From the NCBI GenBank assembly GCA_965231145.1, contig OZ246420.1, positions 390,001 to 422,000 of the forward strand: a stretch of DNA of 32,000 bases, written 5' to 3'. Each line of letters opens with the position of its first letter. Positions within the stretch are counted from its first letter, which is position 1. The notes under the pieces were generated by a model. The model was not told the origin of the DNA, did no database searches, and saw nothing but the letters and a program-made list of their open reading frames with translations. This stretch comes from Candidatus Saccharimonadota bacterium (GTDB taxonomy: Bacteria > Patescibacteriota > Gracilibacteria > Absconditabacterales > Absconditicoccaceae). Shown in pieces: positions 11,501 to 20,577 of this stretch. The position numbers were made by a program, and so were the translations under genes.

Positions 11501-14500
11501 ATTTGTTCATCAGTCTCGAAGCTTAGTGTGACATCGTCTCATTCTACGGCGATAGCAGTATTGTCATTTGATGATGCAATAGATGCCATGACGATCTGAG
11601 GAGCTATTGTATCAATAATTACTTCCGAACTATCAGTAGTTGATGTCATGGTATTGGAGGTGTTTCACCTGTCATCTACATAGCTCACAGATATATCAAC
11701 AGTGCCATTTTGGGTTCCATTATCTACGATGATGGTTCATTCAAAGCATGTATCAGAACAACCTCTTATCATGTTTGCCGATTCTCCTGCTATGGTTGCA
11801 GAGATAGTATCAGCGTCAAATAATTTATTTGTTCGTATGTACAACGTTATGGTGTCTCATGATACTGCCTGAGTAGAATTTGTATTATTGGATGATGTAA
11901 TAGATACTTCATCAATGGTTGGCATACGCCCATCTATAGAAATACCCATATATATACCTGTAAAGACGTTATTGGGATTGCCAGCAAGATCGGTGGCTGT
12001 AACACTAAAGAGGGGATTTCCTACTGCCATTTGTTCATTTGCAAGAGTAGTGAGTGTATAACAAATACCTCCACAGTCTACACTTTGTAGCGTTCCTGTC
12101 TGTCACGCAATAAGCACGTGTATACTTCCTGAAATCAGTGGTTCATCGCTTTCGAAATATATTGTGAGTGTATCTCCTGAAATAGCTATCGTTGGGTCAG
12201 TATTATCCGAACTGATGTTCATTTGACTTATATTTACAGGAGTGGTATCTATGGTGATTGCATCATAATTGAGCCCAGTAGAAGACTGATTTCCAAAAGT
12301 GTCATATATATCTACTTCCAAGTAGAGAGTGCTATTGCTGTTGTTATTATCTATGACGAGAGCTCCAGAATAGCAGAATTCACCACAGTTCATTTTTTGT
12401 ATATTTACTGTTTCGCCATCAATAGTTACATGCGAAAGGCCTGTTGCTATAGCTTCATCTGTCTGAAACAGAACTGTTACCGTATCGCCTGATTTTGCAA
12501 ATGAACTATTTGGATTGGTAGAAAAAGCACTAATATTATAAATAATAGCAAGAGTATTGTCTATGGTGATCGAAGATCCGTCTGTTGTGGAGTATGTCTC
12601 TCCTGCGTTTTCATAACTGTCTGTATAGTAAAGATAGAATGATGCAAGTCAGTCTGACCGATAAGGAAGAGCTATTACTGATCATGAGTAACAATATGTC
12701 TCACATGAAATTGCTGTAAGATTTGATATGCTTTCGCCATTGATATCTGCATAGAAGCTAGATAATGATATCTCTTCATCGCTTTTGAAAGTAAGTGTTA
12801 TAATGTCCCCACTCTTTGCGGTTTGGTTAGAAGTAACATTGTTCGATTGTAGATGAATATCAGAAATTGCTGGCGCTCTTGTATCAATGTATACTGCGCT
12901 GTCTCAGGTCTCTAAACTAGTAAAGGTTGTTGTATTTCCCGCAAGATCATTGTATTGCACGAAGAGAGATGCATGTCACTGCTCGCTGTTTCCGCTTACA
13001 ATAATCTCTCATAGATAACAATAAAAAGGTAGGCATCCCGAAGCCATGGCTCCTGATAGGACGTGTATAGTGCCTGTTTGTCCTGCAATAAGCATTGAAA
13101 TAGTATTTGCTTTCAATGGTTCAAGCGTTTCTATAAATAAGGTTATAATATTGCCTGATATCGCAATATCGCTTGAAAGCGGATTGTCCGAATACATATC
13201 TTTTCAAATAGGAGTTGCTGGCGTATTGTCTGCTGTGACCGATGATCCATCCGTAGTTGCATCAACCCCGTTATGTGCATTACCGAAGCGATCAGTAATG
13301 TTTATCCGGAACGAAATAAGAGTATTTGTTGTGTTGTCCACTACGGTAGAAAAACTATAACAAAAACCATCACTACATGTAAATGATGCTAATGGTAAAG
13401 TAAGGTTATCCATGTTAGCATTATATATAATTCCGTCAGATCGTGTTGTGTCCAATGGTTCATTTGATTTGAATGAAACCGTGACTATGTCTCATGATTT
13501 TGCAAATCCTGTAGAAGAGAGGTTGTTTGACTCGATATGAACATTTGAAATAATCGGCTCTGTATTGTCTATGGTAATTGACGATCCATCTGTTGTCCCG
13601 CTAAATTGTACTCACTCGTTACCTGGCAGATCCGCATAGTCTATATTGATAGACTGGATTCACTCCGAGAAGTTTCAGTCTATTGTTATTTGTCATTGAT
13701 AACAGTATTGGTTGGCGCTTCCTCCACATTCTCATACGCCGACAAAAGAGAGGTGGTCTCCAGTAATTCCTCCAAATATGGGATAGACATAACTTAACTC
13801 TTCTGAAGATAGTATGGTGAAATTTATAGTGTCTCCTATGCGCGCGAAACCTGTATAATTTGTACTGGAAACAGACACATATGGAAGAATTGGTTTTATG
13901 GTATCTATAATAACATATGTGCCGTTATATGTAGCAGATATTATCCCGTTATCAGATACGTTTCCTACTTGGTCTGTATAGTAGATGCTGAAAGTGCCAG
14001 TCCCTTGTGTAGTGCCACTTTGTACTATTACGCTTACATCATAACAGAAAGCCATATTGCACGATGTTCCTGTAGCTGCAGAGTATACTGGAATGCCTGC
14101 TATGTCGCCTGTAATACTATTGGTGATGATAGGTTCGCTTGTGTCAAAGTGGACGGTGATGGTATTGCCTTGTTTTGCAAGAGAATTGTCATTTACATTT
14201 GAAGAAGTGATAGTTACAAACTCATGCTGGGGATTGATAATGTCTACTATGACATACGATCCGTCTGTTGTGCTCGTGTATTCTTCGCTTGGATTTCATG
14301 TTATATCTTTCACAAGAATACCTATCTCTGGTTCGTCGCCAGATCGGTCTTGATCTATAAGAAAAGTGGCTTCATAACAGTACCCATCACAGGCTATCTG
14401 TGAAAGAATTGCTTGAATACTATTGATGTAGACGCCTTGTCCTGGTTCTAGATTTGGCAGATCTATTTCTTCATCGGATTCAAATGAGACAGTGAGTGTA

Positions 14501-17157
14501 TCTCCTAGTCTTGCGTAATAGCTTGGAGTGCGATTTGACTCAATATGAATGTTTGAAAGGGTGGGTGCTATAGTATCAAGAAGCACGCTTGATGCATCGC
14601 TTGTCTGATTAATAGTTTCTCCGGTGTTACCATAGTTGTCATAATAGATGATTTCTACATTTACAAAATCATTGGGTTCTCATGAGCCAGTAACCGTTCG
14701 AATTGCCTGGTAACAATAAGTTCCACATCATATTGGAGATTCGACGATAGAATGACCATTGATAAACACTTCAGCAGAGATGGGTTCGTCAGCCTCAAAG
14801 GTAAGGAAAATATTGTTTCCTACTGAAGCTAATGTAGTATTTGGATTGTCTGATTCGATATGAACCGCTGATATAACAGGTGCGATGCTTTCTATTTCTA
14901 CAGCAGAGCTATCGCTAGTGGCGGTTTCTTCCAATCATGCATTTCCAAATAGATCTTGATAGCCTATAGTAAACTGTGCATTTCACTGTTGAGAATATTG
15001 ATCTATCAAGATGTTTGCTAGATAACAAAATACTCATGGTCCACAGTCACCTTGTGAAGCTGAAGCTGATTGGCCTGCAATAGTAACCGTAAGAGTATTG
15101 AGGTCCAATTCTTCATTTGCAAAGAAACTCAAAGAAACTTCATCTCCAAAAACTGCTATAGCGGGATCATTGGAATTTGTTGACTCGATATGTATGTCAC
15201 TCAACCCAGGAGGATCAAGATCTACTCCATATTGAGTGCTTTCCCAGTCGGGTTGCAGTAAATCCAGTATGTCAGTCTCTGTTGAGGCAAGGTTATTTCT
15301 ATTGAGGTAGTTATACGAAGCATCAATGGACGTGAGAGTGTTTCCTATTTGTGCAAAAAGACCTGCGTCAAGATAACTAATAAGGTTGCCACTAAATCAT
15401 AAAGAGCTAAGATTGGCAAGCGATCAAATTTCTACTGGTAGAGCTGTTAGCTGATTGTTAGAAACATTGAGAGCGGTGAGAGCAGATATGTCATAAATAC
15501 TTGAGTCTATGATAGATATTTGATTATTGCTCACATCAAGAATATTGAGTACGTTGAATGATCCAAGAGTATATAACTCACTAGGAAGAGATGAAATCTG
15601 ATTGTGATTCAAAAAAAGTGATACTAGTCATTGTAAGAGACTTATGCTGGAAGGAATAGAACTAATCTGATTATGTGAAAGATCAAGTAGTTCAAGATTT
15701 GCTATTTCTTCAAGTTCATCTGGCAAGCTGCTGATCTGATTGTTGCTGAGGTGGAGTTGGCTTAATTCAGCTAATCCATTGAAGAAACCGCTTGAGACTA
15801 TCGAGATGTTTGCTCAAGAAAGATCAATAGCGTTTGCTCGTCACTTAGAAGTACAGCTTATGCCTTGCCAGTTACAGATCGTAGTTATGATGGGTGTTGA
15901 TTCAAGTAATGCCGACCATCCAGGAAAAGAAGTAAGATCGCTTCAAGGGTTCTCTGTTGCCAATTGTAAGAGACTTCTACACTGTTTGCCTTCGATGCCT
16001 TTCATGAGATCACAATATTGAAATTGAGAAGAAGTTATATCCCGCTGATAGGTTCAGGTAGTAACATTGTTCTCCATATTGATGTCGTACTGATATTCTT
16101 GACGTCTTTGGCTCAAGAGAAAAAGGAACGGATATATATATCACGTATTTACCTTGCCGCCCAATGTTCAAGTGAAAACAATAGTCCCCGACGATGGCTC
16201 AAATGAAGAAGTGGGTAGCGCATAATAATAGTAGCCACTTGTACTGTCAAATCTCCAGTTTGGATCATTTGCTGGGTCTGGTGTAAGAGTATTGGTATTA
16301 AATCTAAATATAATACTATTTCATAAAACAGAGCCTCCTGATCATAGATTATAATCTACTGCAATGGTAAGTAGTCTATAGTTGTTTTCATATCCAATTT
16401 GTACATTACTCAGTATATTATCATTTTCAAAAGTTTGTGTATTTTGCCAATTTGGTGCATAGGTATCTAGGAAGGTAATAGTGCTTTCAGCAAGCCCGCC
16501 AGTTGTCAGATAATTATTATCAATAGAAAATGTACTTATGCTAGGAATTGCATCAAACGCACCTTCTTCTATCGTAAGAAGATGATTATTATCAAAAGTA
16601 AGTGTGTGAAGAAAAGTAAGATTTCATAATCATATAACAGAAGTAAGTTGATTATCATTGAAAAGAGCTACCTCAAGGTTTCCTAGTCATTGGAGGTCTG
16701 GCATGCTGGTGAGCTGGTTGTGTGACAGATCTAAGCTTGTAAGCAAAGCAAAGCTGCTCAATGTAGAAGGAGCTTGCGTTATATTGGTATGGGAAATTTG
16801 GAGCGAAGAAAGAGACGTAATATTCGCGATAGAGTCTGGTATGACATCGAGTGCGAGGTTTGTTAGAGAAACTTCCGTAATAGAGCCGTTTCTACATGTT
16901 ACTCCTTGCCAGTCACACACCGTGTCGTCCGATGTACTAAGGACGAGCGTTTCAAACCATCCTGGATAATTTGACCAGTCTGCAGAAGTGTTGTTGTCAT
17001 AGATATCTACCAGAGCAGAACATTCTAAAGGATTAACATCCGAGACCTGATTACAATCCATGCCTCCTGTTGCGTGTGCGACATATTGTGGTGCCACCAA
17101 TGAAAATAAGACTACAACAAAGGCTAACAATAAACTTCCAGCTACAATTTTTTTCAT
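8545..17157 (-). CDS. Giant secreted cell-surface protein, 2,870 aa under code 25 (signal peptide, 3 LRR modules, 16 Ig-like repeats, C-terminal anchor-like module)
   Basis: All eleven minus-strand track ORFs between 8545 and 17157 share one frame. I read every frame-1 plus-strand triplet in the gaps and found only 'tca' (TGA), never 'tta' or 'cta', with about 50 TGA by manual count. The N-terminus MKKIVAGSLLLAFVVVLFSLVAPQYVAHA is a signal peptide. TAA stop at 8545-8547. Confidence 0.85.
8548..8990 (-). other. C-terminal ~145-aa anchor-like module of the giant protein (SLH-like pattern)
   Basis: VYRWAHDNGVTTM..RYEAATMIVNYV..ECNIYAYQDID..VIQDICNLGLMG..LTPSFRP. A second copy of this module forms the body of the separate secreted protein at 18959..19576. 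Confidence 0.5.
9517..9990 (-). repeat. LRR module 3 of the giant protein
   Basis: N-cap ENECKTIVNFATALSG..WSQAWGTNAISNICDWQGISC, then ~23-aa LRRs (IDLSANNLSSLPSSIASLPYLTAVDISTNNFSTLP..), then the C-cap DTYQVNWEDTQ. Confidence 0.75.
10000..15231 (-). repeat. 16 tandem ~105-110-aa Ig-like/beta-sandwich repeats (period about 320-335 nt)
   Basis: The recurrent unit is D-[ST]-S-x-V-x-I-D-x3-P-x-[LI]-x4-I-x-S-x-N..A-K-S-G-D-x-[IV]-T-[LV]-x-F..E-x-L..I-[AG]-G-[QE]..C-x(2-4)-C-Y..I-x-Y-x-D-x2-G-N. I counted 16 C-x(2-4)-C-[YF] hairpin motifs, near 15040, 14720, 14390, 14050, 13700, 13380, 13020, 12690, 12380, 12070, 11750, 11430, 11110, 10780, 10460 and 10150. Confidence 0.8.
15232..16020 (-). repeat. 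LRR module 2 of the giant protein
   Basis: N-cap QYCDLMKGIEGKQCRSLLQLATENP[TGA]SDLTSFPGWSALLESTPIITTICNWQGISC, then LRRs (LHLSNNQISSLPDELEEIANLELLDLSHNQISSIP..), then the C-cap LLQPDWESTQ. Confidence 0.75.
16435..17070 (-). repeat. LRR module 1 of the giant protein
   Basis: N-cap CNQVSDVNPLECSALVDIYDNNTSADWSNYPGWFE..VCDWQGVTC, then LRRs (LQISHTNITQAPSTLSSFALLTSLDLSHNQLTSMP..), then the C-cap DTYAPNWQNTQ. Confidence 0.75.
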
Positions 17158-17401
17158 TCAATACAAACGAAAAGCGAATAAATACTTAGTTAATATGATG
17201 AAATACCCATCAATTGCAAAAGATAACATCAAAAAACCATTGAAAAATCTTTCCATATCACCTATACTATGTATAGTTATATACATGGCTCGGAGAGCCA
17301 TTTATGAGAATGAGAGACGATTTGAAAAATACTATGAATTGCGTTTTGCAAATACTCCGTCTTTCAGTATTATTGAAGTATATATTTTTTGATAAAAAGA
17401 G

Positions 17402-18436
17402 ATGAGTTTTTTTGTGTTTAAAGAGAGGGTAGAGGACTTTATCGTAGAAGAAATACTCGAGAAAGAGCCGCTATGAAAAGGTGATTATCACTATATTTTC
17501 ATCGAAAAGAAAAACCTGGCGACGTTTGAGCTTATCAGAAAATTACAGGATGAGTTTGGATTCAATAGGAATATGATTGGTATAGCATGACTGAAAGATA
17601 AGCAAGGTGTCACTCGCCAGTGGCTTAGTTTTCTCAAACGCGATGTGCAAAAGTACTGTCAGGGCATCAATAATCTCCTCGCATTTTTTAGAAAGACATG
17701 AAAGGTGGTAAGCGCGACCTATGGTGAAAAGATGCTTAAGCTTGGTGTCAACAAGGGTAATGGTTTTCATGTTATCCTTCGTAGCGCTAAGAAAAAGGAT
17801 TATGAGAAGATACAGGATGCAGTAGAAAAGATCCTGACAGATATTAAAACCTATGGAGTGCCGAACTACTTTGGTCCACAGCGTTTCGGACATAGAGGAA
17901 ATAATTGGCAGACTGGAGAAAAGCTTGTGAAAGGAGAAATCAGATCACTCAAGTGAGATAATAATACTCTTGTGGAAAAGCGTTTTAAGGTGCAGGCGTT
18001 TGCCAGCTATGTGTTCAATACATATCTGGATATTAGAATGTCGAAAGGTAAGTTGTGGAAATTATTGCCTGGTGATGTGATCATCCCCGCAGATGGACGT
18101 TATACTCACTGGAAAGAAGGGGAGCGTGACAATACCGAGAGAATTACTATTACTGGTCCGGTGATCGGAGACGATCTCGCTCATGCAAAAGACACAGCGC
18201 TTAAACTTGAGGAAGAAGCGTATAAAAAGTTTGAACTTCCGAAGAATATAGAAAAATTATTTCAAAACTTTGGCTTGTTTGGTATACGTCGTGCTATCCT
18301 TATCTATCCTGAAAATATCTCATGGAAGCGGACGAAAGACCGTAATCTCATGCTCTCATTTACTTTGCCTTCAGGAGCGTATGCGTCGGTGCTGATCGAT
18401 GTGCTGGAGCAAAGACTGAAAGAAATGCTTTGATAG
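17402..18436 (+). CDS. truD: tRNA pseudouridine(13) synthase TruD (344 aa under code 25)
   Basis: ATG 17402 shares a frame with track ORFs 17705..17956 and 17972..18433. In-frame TGA at 17474, 17588, 17699, 17954 and 18431. It has the catalytic motif GIA[TGA]LKDKQGVTRQW and NYFGPQRFG. The last TGA is immediately followed by the real stop, TAG 18434-18436. Confidence 0.85.
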
Positions 18437-18456
18437 ATGTCGAAGCATTTTTTTAT
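18424..18456 (+). terminator. Rho-independent terminator after truD (stop codon lies in the loop)
   Basis: Stem aatgctt (18424-30) pairs with aagcatt (18443-49), followed by a T-run. Confidence 0.5.
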
Positions 18457-18485
18457 AAAAAAATAGCCAGTCTGTAAACAGACTG
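18452..18485 (-). terminator. Rho-independent terminator after the acidic-repeat peptide gene
   Basis: Stem cagtctg (18468-74) pairs with cagactg (18479-85), and the minus strand continues with a T-run (plus-strand A-run 18454-63). Confidence 0.5.
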
Positions 18486-18516
18486 ACTGTAGTAACTTCA
18501 TTGTCCTGGCCCCAGA

Positions 18517-18777
18517 TTAGGTAGTTGCCGTTGTTTCATCGCCACCAGTGTTGGTTGTTTCGTCGCCGCCGGTATTGGTTGTTTCATCGCCACCAGTGTT
18601 GGTTGTTTCATCGCCACCAGTGTTGGTTGTTTCGTCGCCGCCGGTATTGGTTGTTTCATCGCCACCAGTGTTGGTTTCGTCTTTCCCTATGCAATTGCTG
18701 GCCGGTGCCTTTTCGTCCGATGTGTAGCCGCCGCTTGATGCCGTGTGTCCGTGGTCAAATAAGAATGTTTTTTTCAT
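18517..18777 (-). CDS. Small acidic Thr/Gly-rich tandem-repeat protein (86 aa): MKKTFLFDHGHTASSGGYTSDEKAPASNCIGKDE(TNTGGDET)n TATT
   Basis: ATG 18777 is preceded by AAGAG, one of the rare SD-like sequences in this window, and by a TTGACA-16-TATCAT promoter. TAA stop at 18517-18519, with a terminator downstream. The repeat units differ only at synonymous sites. Confidence 0.6.
   Translation of the reverse strand: MKKTFLFDHGHTASSGGYTSDEKAPASNCIGKDETNTGGDETTNTGGDETTNTGGDETTNTGGDETTNTGGDETTNTGGDETTATT
18533..18676 (-). repeat. Six 24-nt tandem units in two sequence variants, ordered A-B-A-A-B-A
   Basis: On the plus strand A is gtttcatcgccaccagtgttggtt and B is gtttcgtcgccgccggtattggtt. The 4 differences per unit are all third-codon positions on the minus strand (aac/aat, act/acc, ggt/ggc, gat/gac). 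Confidence 0.9.
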
Positions 18778-18805
18778 GACTCTTAATTTTTTTTGGTGAG
18801 GCTCT

Positions 18806-18833
18806 ATGATAATCAATCAATAATATTTGTCAA
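18806..18833 (-). promoter_or_regulatory. Candidate strong sigma70-type promoter of the acidic-repeat peptide gene
   Basis: The minus strand reads TTGACA (18833-18828), 16-nt spacer, TATCAT (18811-18806). Confidence 0.45.
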
Positions 18834-18958
18834 TGGTTATTTCTTATGTGTGCTATATAGATATGACAGTCTAAAATAAGCACTAAAAGCTATTTTCCCT
18901 TGCAATGTGTTCGACTCTCTGTAGATAGGAAACATTTATTCTCTGTTTCTCTACAGGT

Positions 18959-19576
18959 ATGAAAACCTTTCATAAAAAATCTCTTATTTTCCTTGTTCCA
19001 GCATTAGGCTTGATATTTTTCACATCTGCCTTCTCCTACGGTAAAACTATTACCACGTTTTCCTCAAATAATCCTTCGCTTATAAGTGATCAAGAAGGTT
19101 ATGATCGGGCTTATACCAATAACATTACGACACAGCCGAAGGCTCTCGCAAACCTTACTGGTTCTGTCAGAAGATATGAACTCGCAAAAATGATGTCAGA
19201 GTTTTATACTACTGTCATGGGCTACGCTATAACACCAAATCCAGCATGTGATATAACGCTATTTTCTGATTACGGGACTTTTAATCTGGAAATGAAAACA
19301 TATATAAAGAATATATGTGATATGGGTATCATGGGCTGGAACGCTAAAAAAACTGCATTATTGCCTTCATTTCAGGCTAATATGGTTCTATCAGCTATAG
19401 ATTTCAATACGATCATGATAAGATACATTAGGATGGCACGTATAAACTATAGCTTTAGACTTCCTAAAGTAGTAACGAGAAGTGATGTCTTTCGCTTTCT
19501 CTATGATATGGGTAAATATCAGACTCCACAGCAGCCAGGGCAGGGGGGTGTACAAAATAATGCATTAGGACAATAA
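18959..19576 (+). CDS. Secreted protein consisting of a signal peptide plus one anchor-like (SLH-like) module, 205 aa
   Basis: Intact ORF with signal peptide MKTFHKKSLIFLVPALGLIFFTSAFSYG. The body aligns by eye with the giant protein's C-terminus (YDRAYTNNITT../RYELAKMM../ACDITLFSDY../IKNICDMGIMG../LLPSFQ). Confidence 0.7.
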   Translation: MKTFHKKSLIFLVPALGLIFFTSAFSYGKTITTFSSNNPSLISDQEGYDRAYTNNITTQPKALANLTGSVRRYELAKMMSEFYTTVMGYAITPNPACDITLFSDYGTFNLEMKTYIKNICDMGIMGWNAKKTALLPSFQANMVLSAIDFNTIMIRYIRMARINYSFRLPKVVTRSDVFRFLYDMGKYQTPQQPGQGGVQNNALGQ

Positions 19577-19584
19577 TATAAAAT

Positions 19585-19612
19585 AATTCCTTTCCGAAGG
19601 AATTTTCTTTTA
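19585..19612 (+). terminator. Rho-independent terminator
   Basis: Hairpin aattcctt-tccg-aaggaatt (19585-19604) followed by ttcttttac. Confidence 0.6.
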
Positions 19613-20258
19613 CAAAGACATATTATTATACAGTGATAATTTCATGCATAGAAAATATTAAAAGAGGAGTGTACATGTCACAGACACAAGTCGACACACT
19701 CTAATTGTTGAAAAGTGGCTCCCCTGGGCATTGTGATAAAAATGATATAATATATTTTCATGTGAATAGAAATAATAACTAGTGTGTATTTTACATAAAC
19801 ATGGGGAACCAGGGGTTATATAATCCCCTTAAGGCTGATATATGAAAAACATACCCAACCTTGCACAAGATATATTGTGCAATGTAAGAACATGACCAAG
19901 GGTAGGGTCCGTAGAATAAAATCCACACAGGAAAAAATATAAAATTATAACGTGATTTATTGTGCGCCATATAAAATATATAATCCTGCGTTCAAAATAT
20001 GTAAGCATAAAATTTCTCTATCCTTATTCCTCTGCTCACTATTTCAAAATAATAAAAAATCATGAAAAATGCTGTTTTTCATGATCTAGATTTGATGATT
20101 TCTGGATGCGGGTGGACCCAAGTGCCACCCAGAGTTCAAAAACTGCCTGAATAGAAAAAGGGTAGTTTGTACCTATGAAAATGGGGTAGTTACTCCCCTG
20201 TTTTAGAAAAACTAAATAATAGATAGTATTTATTAGTAACTATTTCCAATTATTATTG

Positions 20259-20558
20259 CTACCACGTAGAATATTCTAAATTATTTATATCAGATTCAAT
20301 ATTATCCATATTATATTGAACGTCGTCTATATTTGATTGTACATTATCTATGCTATCTTGTGCATTATATATGTCATCTTCGGCGTAATCCATTCTATTT
20401 TTGAGATCATCAATCTCATATTGCATATCGTAGATATCACTTTTTAATCAATATATTTCGTCTTCTAATGCTGAAATTCTTTTACCCGTTTTAGATGTAC
20501 AACCAGATAAAATAAGGCTAAAAATGAGTGTTATTAACAATGTGGCTTTTTTCATCAT
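20259..20558 (-). CDS. Small coiled-coil lipoprotein (99 aa under code 25)
   Basis: Absent from the track because it is split by TGA 20448-20450. MMKKATLLITLIFSLILSGC carries a lipobox (L-S-G-C). The rest is an acidic heptad-like sequence (ISALEDEIY[TGA]LKSDIYDMQYEIDDLKNRMDYAEDDIYNAQDSIDNVQSNIDDVQYNMDNIESDINNLEYSTW). TAG stop at 20259-20261. Confidence 0.6.
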
Positions 20559-20577
20559 AGAAAATTTGCATCTAAAA

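Noticed and set aside
8785-16969. Plus-strand track ORFs antisense to the giant gene (e.g. 8785..9327 of 180 aa, 13046..13360, 14057..14353, 15740..16021, 16658..16969)
   Set aside because: These are shadow ORFs on the opposite strand of a clearly coding, repeat-rich frame. Their sequences are Cys/Phe/Ile-rich low complexity with no motifs. The minus frame carries all the domain signal.
17060-17392. Plus-strand ORF of 110 aa spanning the giant gene's start and its upstream region
   Set aside because: It overlaps the signal-peptide codons in antisense and then runs through an AT-rich promoter region. Its composition is Lys/Asn/Ile low complexity.
18533-18676. The 24-nt tandem array as a CRISPR or other spacer-repeat locus
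   Set aside because: The units are directly contiguous with no spacers, in frame, and inside an ORF. No cas genes are present.
18525-18779. Plus-strand ORF with repeats (HRHQCWLF...) across the 24-nt tandem array
   Set aside because: It is antisense to the array. On the minus strand all repeat-variant differences are synonymous, whereas in this frame they change amino acids (HRHQCWLF vs RRRRYWLF). The promoter, SD and terminator all serve the minus strand.
18778-18816. The longer track version of the acidic-peptide ORF starting at 18816 (MIIIEPHQKKLRV...)
   Set aside because: That 'M' is a TTG codon lying within the predicted -10/transcription-start region. ATG 18777, with an upstream AAGAG, is the more plausible start.
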